From assembly GCA_036834365.1 (NCBI GenBank), contig DAITOA010000001.1:15892-79891 (forward strand): a DNA stretch of 64,000 bases, given 5' to 3'. Source of the stretch: Thermodesulfobacteriota bacterium. Its GTDB lineage: Bacteria > Desulfobacterota > Desulfomonilia > UBA1062. Position numbers and translations under genes: made by a program. Under the pieces are notes generated by a model. That model had not been told where the DNA came from, ran no database searches, and worked only from the letters and a program-made list of their open reading frames with translations. This document shows positions 56,712 to 64,000 of the stretch, one piece after another (the first letter of the stretch is position 1; every line of letters starts with the position of its first letter).

Positions 56712-57842
56712 TCACCCCTTCAACGCCGTCTCCAGGTCCGCCACGAGGTCGTCCGCATGTTCGATGCCCACAGACAGCCTGAACAGCGAGCCGGTTATGC
56801 CGATGCGTTCCCGTTCTTCAGGGGACATGGGGGCGTGCGAGGTCACTGCCGGCGAGGTGATGGTGGTCTCCACCCCGCCCAGGCTCACCGCGGGGCTGAC
56901 GAGCTTCAGCAGGCGAACGAAGCGGTCCGGTTCGATCTGCCGTTCGTCGATGTCGAAGGAGAGCATGCCGCCGAAGCCCTTCATCTGGGATGCGGCGACG
57001 GCATGGCCCGGGAAGCCCGGCAGGCCGGGATAGTAGACCCGCTTCACCCTGGGGTGCCTGTCCAGGAAGGCTGCTAAGATCCGGGCGTTCTCCGACTGCC
57101 TTTCCACCCGCAGCGCCAGGGTCTTGAGGCTCCGCTCCAGCAAGTAGCACTCGGTGGCGTTCAGGCTGCCGCCCAAGTGCCTCGCCAGGGCGCGGACACG
57201 CTCCGCATTCTTTCTCGAAGCGACCACGACCCCGCAGCAGAGGTCGCTGTGGCCTCCCATGTACTTGGTGCCGCTGTGCACCACGATATCGATGCCCAGG
57301 AGGTACGGGTTCTGGTTCACGGGCGAGGCGAAGGTGTTGTCGATGATGGTGGTGATGCCCCTGGCCTTGGCGAAATCGGCCACCTTCCTGATGTCGATCA
57401 CGCTGAGCAGCGGGTTGGTGGGCGTCTCGATGACAATGACCGAGGTCCTGTCGGTCACGGCATCGCATACGGCTCCGGCATTGGTGGCTGCGAACGAGTA
57501 CGCGATGCTCAGGTGGTCGAAGTCACTGGTGGCGAATGAGTGCGTGCCCCCGTAGAGCTCGTCCATGAGGACCACATGGTCGCCCGACCCGGCAAAGGCC
57601 AGGATGGCGGTGCTCATGGCTGCCATGCCCGAGCTGAACAGGATGCCGTCCTCGGCCCCTTCCAGGGCGCAGAGCTTGGCCGTCACGGCCTCCTGGTTGG
57701 GGGTGTTGAAGTAGCGCGGGTAGGCCGCCCTGTCCCGATCGAGGTAGGAGGTGGCCGAGGAGGTGAAGATGGGGGTGTTGATGCCTCCCGTGGCGCTGTC
57801 GTGGTAGGTTCCGCCGTGTACGCAGATGGTCTCCCTTTTCAT
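56712..57842 (-). CDS. PLP-dependent transsulfuration enzyme (cystathionine gamma-synthase/beta-lyase/methionine gamma-lyase family)
   Basis: 376 aa, PLP lysine context VVHSGTKYMGGHSD. Confidence 0.85.
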   Translation of the reverse strand: MKRETICVHGGTYHDSATGGINTPIFTSSATSYLDRDRAAYPRYFNTPNQEAVTAKLCALEGAEDGILFSSGMAAMSTAILAFAGSGDHVVLMDELYGGTHSFATSDFDHLSIAYSFAATNAGAVCDAVTDRTSVIVIETPTNPLLSVIDIRKVADFAKARGITTIIDNTFASPVNQNPYLLGIDIVVHSGTKYMGGHSDLCCGVVVASRKNAERVRALARHLGGSLNATECYLLERSLKTLALRVERQSENARILAAFLDRHPRVKRVYYPGLPGFPGHAVAASQMKGFGGMLSFDIDERQIEPDRFVRLLKLVSPAVSLGGVETTITSPAVTSHAPMSPEERERIGITGSLFRLSVGIEHADDLVADLETALKG

Positions 57843-58207
57843 GGGTCATGTCCTCCTGTGGAGGTACGATACATGAAGCCGGTGATGATTTCCATGCACA
57901 GTAGGGGTGGAAAAAGCGTGCAGACTGTTATTCCAGAGTCTATGGAAGACCGGGTCACCGCCAAGTCCAGGAAGATAAGGATAATCGATGAAGGCAATCT
58001 GGATCTGGCCATCCAGTATTAGGTGAAGGCGCAGAATCATTGGGTTCTCATGCCCCGAAAGACCTGATGGTTCTCGCAGTGATCTCTAGTCCTGGTCGCG
58101 CGAGATGCCTGCTATCTTCAGGGCTGGTTATTAGGTATACTTCAGGCAAAGGCAGGATGCTCGGGCACCGAGAAGTCTGATTCGAGGGCAAGAGAAGGAG
58201 AATCCCC

Positions 58208-60106
58208 ATGGAAATCATGAAGAGGTTAGCAATACTGGTAGTTTTCGCCACGCTGATGATTTCTTGTGGAGGAGGGGGAGGCGGTACATCTTCTGGGAAC
58301 AATGGCTTGACTGCTCCGACTGGTGTTGCCGTCTCAGAAGGAAATGGCTATATAACTATTACCTGGACAGATGCTCCAGGTGCAGTATCCTATAACATTT
58401 ACTGGTCTATTATCCCAGGTGTGACGCTGGCCAGCGGTACCAAGATATCCGGTGCGACCTCTCCCTACATCCATACGGGCCTCACCAACGGCACAACCTA
58501 CTACTATGTGGTCACGGCTGTTTATACCGCCGGTGAATCTGCCGCATCAACTCCACAGAGTGCAACGCCTTCAGTGACTCCACCGCCGGCAGCACCGACC
58601 GGGGTTACCGCTGCAGCCGGGAATCGTCGTGTAACCATTGCCTGGACGGAAGTCCCGGGAGCTACCTCCTACAACATGTACTGGTCTACCACTGCCGGCG
58701 TTACACCCGCTGCCGGCACCAAGATAGCCGGTGTGAGTAACCCCTACCTACATACGGGGCTTACGAATGGAACAACCTACTATTATGTTGTCACAGCAGA
58801 GAATGACCAAGGTGAATCGGTCCCATCATCACAGGTCAGCTGTACGCCGTCCGGACCAATAGCTCCGACAGGAGTTACCATCACACCCAAAGATGGCCAG
58901 ATAACCGTTTCATGGACAGCTATATCAAGTGCACTGTATTACAATCTGTACTGGTCCACTACGAGTGGTGTTACTCCGTCAAACGGCACAAAGATCACCC
59001 ATGCGAACTCTCCCTATACCCTGACAGGACTGACAAACGGAACAACCTACTACTTCGTTGTTACGGCAGTATATTCCTCCGGCGAATCAGCGGCATCGAC
59101 CCAGGTGAGCTCAATTCCTGAAGTGACACTGCCGTCGGATGATCCGCCAATCACATTTGATCTCCCCTCATACCTGGGCCTCATCGAGCGATGCAGCTAT
59201 TTCAGCTACCAGATACAAAACCTGGCCGGGGGAGCCGGATATCCTTATACCTTCAATCTCGGCACCATGGGAGGATCTCCGCCCTTAGGTATCTTTGTCA
59301 ATGCCGGTGGTCTGATCGAGGGCGCTACTTCTTCCCCTGAGGGTCTCTATACATTCGATGTTTGTGTCACCGATGCGGCATTCACCCAGAAATGCCAGTC
59401 GACCTCCATAACGGTCATTTCCCCTGCTACTCCCGGGATACCATCCGATCCTTCACCGACTGACGGAGCGACAGGTGTTTCAACGAGTACTGTACTGACC
59501 TGGACAGCGACCTCGGAAACCAACTCCTACAACGTTTATTTCGGGACAGAGTATCCGCCTCCCTTGGTGGCGGAAGTCACCGTTTCCTCCTATACTCCTT
59601 CTGCGTTAAGCCAGAATACCACCTACTACTGGCAGATCATCTCTAAACACACCATGTGCGACCTCTTACCCCCAACAGTCTCCGGAGGTCCGGTCTGGTC
59701 CTTCACAACGGGAACATCGAGCGAGGGGTTGTCCATAAGCATAACGTCTGCATCCTGTGCGCAGACATGGGGAAATTGTGATCCTGATGCATTCTGCTAC
59801 TGCACGGCCCAATACACGATGTCGTGGGCCGGCACTGTATGCGGACCTGTGGGATCATATTTGACCTTGCCACAGGGAGAAGACCTGAATTGCGGCTTGT
59901 GGCATTCTGATGGCAGATCTTGTGTACGAGAATCTTCGGATCCCAGTTGCTCATCCTGGTCAGTGTCCGTTCTCAACTCAAGCGGCTCAGCCCCTGGCAG
60001 TACCTATAGCGGGGACCTTGCGGTTTACGATCTCTCAGGTAATTCTGCGACTAGATCCTATTCTTTCATCTGTCCATATTGTCAATGCCCCACTCCATGT
60101 CCTTAG
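58208..60106 (+). CDS. Lipoprotein with three or four fibronectin-III-like repeats and a Cys-rich C-terminal module
   Basis: Lipobox LMISCGGG. Three ~93-aa repeats (PTGV...W...SYN.YWS...TNGTTYYYVVTA). Sixteen Cys in the last ~120 aa. Confidence 0.6.
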   Translation: MEIMKRLAILVVFATLMISCGGGGGGTSSGNNGLTAPTGVAVSEGNGYITITWTDAPGAVSYNIYWSIIPGVTLASGTKISGATSPYIHTGLTNGTTYYYVVTAVYTAGESAASTPQSATPSVTPPPAAPTGVTAAAGNRRVTIAWTEVPGATSYNMYWSTTAGVTPAAGTKIAGVSNPYLHTGLTNGTTYYYVVTAENDQGESVPSSQVSCTPSGPIAPTGVTITPKDGQITVSWTAISSALYYNLYWSTTSGVTPSNGTKITHANSPYTLTGLTNGTTYYFVVTAVYSSGESAASTQVSSIPEVTLPSDDPPITFDLPSYLGLIERCSYFSYQIQNLAGGAGYPYTFNLGTMGGSPPLGIFVNAGGLIEGATSSPEGLYTFDVCVTDAAFTQKCQSTSITVISPATPGIPSDPSPTDGATGVSTSTVLTWTATSETNSYNVYFGTEYPPPLVAEVTVSSYTPSALSQNTTYYWQIISKHTMCDLLPPTVSGGPVWSFTTGTSSEGLSISITSASCAQTWGNCDPDAFCYCTAQYTMSWAGTVCGPVGSYLTLPQGEDLNCGLWHSDGRSCVRESSDPSCSSWSVSVLNSSGSAPGSTYSGDLAVYDLSGNSATRSYSFICPYCQCPTPCP

Positions 60107-60261
60107 TGAGCTGATATGGCATAGATGGAAAGGAGACAGTTATTTTTATACACTGACCCCTTGTCGATAAAGTATTGGCGGGTATTCGTTCAATCTTTCA
60201 GCTGGGGATACTGTCATTCAAGGAAGTAGCTTCTCTGAAGCTGTCATGCCATGCTGCACGT

Positions 60262-61065
60262 TCACGTTTGACCGGCCCTGCCGGTATCAAGAAAGTCAAG
60301 AAGGGTGGCATTAAAGATACCGGCCTGCTCCATGTTCAGGAAATGGGCGGCACCAGGGATTACCTTGAGCGATGACGATGCGATCCGTTCATGAATGAAT
60401 TCAGCTGCAGATACCGGAGTGCCCTGATCCTCCTCGCCGACCATAATCATCGTCCGGGTCGTAATGTTGCGGATGGCTTCCCGCAGGTCCATATCGCGGA
60501 TTGCTGCGCAGCATCCGCAGTATCCCTCGATGGAAGTGGTTACGATGGTTCTTCTCACTTCCTCGACGTCTCCCCTGAGACGCTCTTGACCGGCCTTTGT
60601 AAACCACCGGTCAATCGTGGCATCCGCCAGCGGCTCTATGCCGCTTGACCGGGCCGTTGTGATTCGCTCTTCCCACAGTTCGGGCGGGGGCATGTACGAT
60701 CCCGTGGCACAGAGGGTCAAGGAAGCCAGGCGATCGCCGTGGAAGGCCCCGAGCGTCTGCCCGGTCATGCCTCCCAGGGACAGGCCGCAGAAATGGACTT
60801 TCTCAAGTCCGAGATGATCCATCAGCTCGAGGGCATCCCCGGCAAGCATCTCCACGGAATAAGGTCCGGGAGGTGATGCGGAACGACCATGGCCCCGATT
60901 GTCATAGCGAAGAACGCGATAGCCCGCTTCGACCAGGCAGGGGACCTGATACCTCCACATAGAATGATCGGAGGCCAGGGAATTCGAGAGCATGACCACC
61001 TCGCCGACCTCAGGCCCGTCGCAGAGATATTCCAGCATGGTTCCGTTTATATTCGCCTGCAGCAT
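60262..61065 (-). CDS. Alpha/beta hydrolase (enol-lactonase-like)
   Basis: 267 aa. Nucleophile elbow FCGLSLGG. HGxP-like region. Confidence 0.8.
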   Translation of the reverse strand: MLQANINGTMLEYLCDGPEVGEVVMLSNSLASDHSMWRYQVPCLVEAGYRVLRYDNRGHGRSASPPGPYSVEMLAGDALELMDHLGLEKVHFCGLSLGGMTGQTLGAFHGDRLASLTLCATGSYMPPPELWEERITTARSSGIEPLADATIDRWFTKAGQERLRGDVEEVRRTIVTTSIEGYCGCCAAIRDMDLREAIRNITTRTMIMVGEEDQGTPVSAAEFIHERIASSSLKVIPGAAHFLNMEQAGIFNATLLDFLDTGRAGQT

Positions 61066-61325
61066 GGACGGCTCACATCATCTCGGACACGTGACCGAGT
61101 TCTCCTTTGCACAATCGATTTGCTGTATGTATACAGGATACCTTCAAACATCCTCTGAGTCCAGAACCGAGAAATTTTTCAGAGGCACCTTTCGGAAACC
61201 CCGCTGAGGTATGCAGGCCCATGGACAACTTCGATCCTGATGATATACACTGGGAGAAGTGGGGACAGACCTGAAAACAGTAGCTTGTTTCCCGCCACTC
61301 ATGCGAAAAAAACAGGACGTAAGCT

Positions 61326-61673
61326 ATGAGCGATCACGAATGGATCAAGGAATTTCCCGGTGCAGTCACCGTATGCGACGACAAGGGGGTCATCCTCGAG
61401 ATGAACGACCGCGCGGCGCGGATGTTCGACGAACAGGGCGGGATGGGCCTGCTGGGGACCAACCTGCTGAACTGCCACCCGGGCCCTGCCCGGGATAAGC
61501 TCGAGCGCATCATGGAGGCGCGGCAGACGAACGTCTACACCATCGAGAAGAACGGGAAGTGGAAATTCATCTACCAGTCCCCCTGGTATGTCGACGGTGC
61601 CTACCGCGGGTTCGTGGAGTTGGTGATGGAGATCCCGCAGGACATGCCGCATTTTATCCGTACCGGTTCGTAG
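61326..61673 (+). CDS. Stand-alone PAS-domain protein
   Basis: 115 aa, PAS-like fold (AVTVCDDKGVILEMNDRAARMF...). Confidence 0.45.
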   Translation: MSDHEWIKEFPGAVTVCDDKGVILEMNDRAARMFDEQGGMGLLGTNLLNCHPGPARDKLERIMEARQTNVYTIEKNGKWKFIYQSPWYVDGAYRGFVELVMEIPQDMPHFIRTGS

Positions 61674-61722
61674 ACAAAGCATGGAAGGAAGGGGGTTACC
61701 CCCCTTCCCTGCTCTGTGTGTC

Positions 61723-62544
61723 TCACTTCCCCCGCGCCAGGGCCTTGTTGAACGCGTTCGTCAGGCCCAGCTCGTACATGAGCTTTCTTCCCACCGCCTC
61801 GGTGGGGGCGAAGCGGCGGACGAAGTCGATCTCCTCATCCGTGGGCCGGTCGGTCTCGGACAGGTCGTCGGCCACCTTCAGGTCCCAGGGCACATCCTTC
61901 CTGATGCTGTCCACGCTCACCCCGGGGTGGACCTTGGCCAGGTAGAGCTCCTTGGTCTTTTCGTCGAACCGAAACACCCCCTTGGTGGTCAGCAGCATGA
62001 CCGGCCCCGACCCCTTGGGGAAGAGTCCCGAGGCGTCCCGGCTGTCGCCGCCGTCCAGGTATCCCGGAGAGGTGAAGTAATCGAGCTTGTTCACGAACTC
62101 GCCGCCCCGCATGGTGAGGATGGTCTTCTTTGCGTACGAGAGGAAATCGGCTGCGCCGCCGGAGCCGGGGAGCCGCATCTTCGGCGCGAAGTAGTCACCG
62201 ATGACCGTGGTGTTGATGTTGCCGAACCGGTCGATCTGCGCCACACCGAGGAAGCAGACGTCCACGTATCCCCGGTAGGTCATGGTAAACATGGAGAACA
62301 GGTCCGTGGCATAGGAAAAGCCCCGGCACGAGTGGGCGTCCGCGATGTGGTTCGGCGGGACCAGGGGCTGGATGTCCAGGATCCCGGATTCCATCATGAG
62401 GGTGGCGTTGGGGGCGTGGAGGGCCTTGGCCATGGCCCCGGCGGTGGTGGGAAGCCCCACCCCGAGGATGATGTTCTCGCCGTCCTTGATCTCGCGGGCG
62501 GCCGTGATGATGAGCAGTTCGTCCAGCGTATACCGTTTAGCCAT
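61723..62544 (-). CDS. gctB: CoA-transferase subunit B (glutaconate CoA-transferase GctB-like size)
   Basis: 273 aa, family I CoA-transferase beta subunit. Confidence 0.7.
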   Translation of the reverse strand: MAKRYTLDELLIITAAREIKDGENIILGVGLPTTAGAMAKALHAPNATLMMESGILDIQPLVPPNHIADAHSCRGFSYATDLFSMFTMTYRGYVDVCFLGVAQIDRFGNINTTVIGDYFAPKMRLPGSGGAADFLSYAKKTILTMRGGEFVNKLDYFTSPGYLDGGDSRDASGLFPKGSGPVMLLTTKGVFRFDEKTKELYLAKVHPGVSVDSIRKDVPWDLKVADDLSETDRPTDEEIDFVRRFAPTEAVGRKLMYELGLTNAFNKALARGK

Positions 62545-63583
62545 TGAGCAGCCCCCTTTCCTCCATGATCTTCTCCATCTCCGCGAGCGTGACGCCCATG
62601 GTGCGCTCCTTGCCCTCGTTGTCCCAGCACGAGGTGAAGGCCGCCCCGTAGTTCGCCGGGGCCGAGTAGTACGATTTCACGCGTATGGCATCCAGCAGCT
62701 CGGCGCCGTGCTTGGCCATGTAGTGGTCCAGGTAGGCATGGCGGTCCCTGCACCCGTAGATCCACTCGTCCATCCACGCATTCAGGCCGTCGCCCGTCAT
62801 GTCGGCCATGAAGAACAGGGCATACATGACACGGTCGAGATTGTAATAACCCAGCACCTCGGTGGGGTGTGCGCCGAAGGGTATCTCCACCACCGCATCC
62901 ACCCGGTAGCCGGGGATCACGGTGAGGTGAGGGCTCGACTGGATGATGTCGTGCTCCACGATCTCCTCGCAGGACACGATGATCCTCTTGCTGGCGAGAG
63001 ATGCCGAGGCAACGCTTCCCAGGGCGCCCCAGTACTGGGCGTTGCCGAATCGGTCGGCCCGCTGCACGTGCACGATGCACACGTCCGGGTTCGCCGCTGG
63101 AACGGTGAGGATCTGTTTTCCCGTGTAGGGGCAGGATATGACCTTGTACTTGTCCTCCCCCATGAAGGAGCGTTTCTTGAAGAGATCGGTCACCATGGCG
63201 CCCTCCAGGACCTGCATGAAGGAGAACCCGTGCATGCCGGCCACCATCCGGGCGTTGTACTGGAAGTTGGTGTAGTCCTCCATCTGCAGGGTTCCCGCCC
63301 TCATCGCCCTCTCCACCGCCGAGCCGCCCTCCTTGCCGCCGGCGCGGTACACGTAGGTGGTCACGAGCCTGTCCACGCACCCGCCAGCCACGAGCACCTC
63401 CACGTCGAAGACCCCTGACTGGGAATACAGGGTCAAGCCCTTCTTCTGCTGCCTGATGACCTCGAACACGAGCTCCGCGCAGGTCCCCACCGTGTAGTTG
63501 CCGATGACCAGGTGGTCGTTGTCGTGCACGAACCGGCGGATGGCTTCTTGGGCAGTCATCACCTTGTTCTGCGATTGAGACAT
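62537..63583 (-). CDS. gctA: CoA-transferase subunit A (glutaconate CoA-transferase GctA-like size)
   Basis: About 348 aa from Met with aaggagg RBS. Overlaps subunit B by 8 nt. Confidence 0.7.
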   Translation of the reverse strand: MSQSQNKVMTAQEAIRRFVHDNDHLVIGNYTVGTCAELVFEVIRQQKKGLTLYSQSGVFDVEVLVAGGCVDRLVTTYVYRAGGKEGGSAVERAMRAGTLQMEDYTNFQYNARMVAGMHGFSFMQVLEGAMVTDLFKKRSFMGEDKYKVISCPYTGKQILTVPAANPDVCIVHVQRADRFGNAQYWGALGSVASASLASKRIIVSCEEIVEHDIIQSSPHLTVIPGYRVDAVVEIPFGAHPTEVLGYYNLDRVMYALFFMADMTGDGLNAWMDEWIYGCRDRHAYLDHYMAKHGAELLDAIRVKSYYSAPANYGAAFTSCWDNEGKERTMGVTLAEMEKIMEERGLLNG

Positions 63584-63753
63584 ATCCCCTCCTTGAAGTA
63601 TTGACTGCATGTATGACACCATATGATACCGGTCACGGATATCCCGGGCAATCGGAAAAATGAGTTATGACTCATGTTTCTTGGCGATGAAGTCCCGTCG
63701 ACTTGACGCCATGACGGCTCCGGGATACGCTTGACAAAGGAGGGGACGAACGC

Positions 63754-64000
63754 ATGGCCACGGCACAGGATATCAGTCGGTACCGGGAGAACCTTCTCTC
63801 AGAGCTCGAGGCAAGGACCCTCTACGAGTGCCTCGCCTCCCTCGAGGAGACCCCCGCCCTTGCAGAGGTCTACCGAAGGCTCGCAGAGACGGAGGCCGGG
63901 CATGCGGCAACCTGGGAGGCGAAGCTCCGCCGGGCGGGTGCGGAGGTGCCGGCCTTCCGTCCCGGCTGGCGTACCCGCATCCTGTGCATGCTGGCGGCCC
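63754..64000 (+). CDS. Ferritin-like/erythrin-domain protein (MbfA/VIT1-like N-terminus?), 5' partial, runs off window end
   Basis: aaggagggg RBS then MATAQDISRYRENLLSELEARTLYECLASLEETPALAEVYRRLAETEAGHAATWEAKL... (E...H ferritin-like pattern). Confidence 0.4.
   Translation, partial: MATAQDISRYRENLLSELEARTLYECLASLEETPALAEVYRRLAETEAGHAATWEAKLRRAGAEVPAFRPGWRTRILCMLAA

Noticed and set aside
60215-60245. Hairpin AGCTTC-tct-GAAGCT between the convergent FN3 and hydrolase genes
   Set aside because: Six-bp stem without a U-tract. Insufficient to call a terminator.

Overview
This is a 64-kb chromosomal window at about 58% GC, densely coding on both strands, with no rRNA, tRNA, CRISPR or obvious mobile element seen. 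The gene content (tungsten aldehyde:ferredoxin oxidoreductase, glutaconate-type CoA-transferase, hfq, type IV pilus genes, comEC, a Firmicutes-like rpsF-rpsR-DUF2232-rplI-dnaB block) fits an anaerobic deltaproteobacterial or syntroph-like lineage, but that is an inference.

Layout, in window order:
- 1..11883 (minus strand): one long chemosensory operon, STAS-STAS-cheY-cheA-MCP-MCP-cheW-cheR-cheD-cheB, ending in a gene encoding a receiver, a GHKL serine-kinase and a PP2C phosphatase. Together with the two STAS proteins this forms a complete partner-switching module wired into a Che pathway. The two MCP genes are a perfect tandem duplication (2 x 1661 bp, 13-bp junction).
- 12191..16757 (plus): rapZ, a mannose-family PTS EIIA-EIIB-EIIC with no EIID, a RimI-PyrK in-frame fusion, pyrD.
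- 16844..24973 (plus): comEC with a G11 tract at its 5' end, then the minor-pilin operon fimT-like/pilW/pilV/pilX/pilY1 (PilY1 has a vWA MIDAS motif and a DxDxDGxxD calcium site), then a small secreted ORF and a rho-independent terminator.
- 25032..26374 (minus): hfq overlapping an unknown secreted protein.
- 26558..43701 (plus, except an rpoH-like sigma factor and dedA on minus): ligA, acyP, rpsF, rpsR, a DUF2232 membrane protein, rplI, dnaB, rlmD, nadK, recN, a GNAT acetyltransferase, pmbA/tldD, secA, argJ.
- 44087..64000 (mostly minus): sufCD, a geranylgeranyl-reductase-family flavoprotein, a large PKD plus 5-repeat surface protein, a VOC protein, a YajD HNH protein, then an AOR cluster (radical-SAM/SPASM, ThiF/MoeB-like, GG-ended MoaD-like, AOR), a PLP transsulfuration enzyme, an FN3-repeat lipoprotein, an alpha/beta hydrolase, a PAS protein, CoA-transferase A/B, and a partial ferritin-like gene.

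The most interesting candidates are the Che-plus-partner-switch operon with its duplicated receptor, the AOR-associated rSAM/E1/Ubl-like module, the G11 tract at comEC, and the RimI-PyrK fusion. Coordinates of starts were refined by eye from the ORF track; confidences reflect that no database search was possible.
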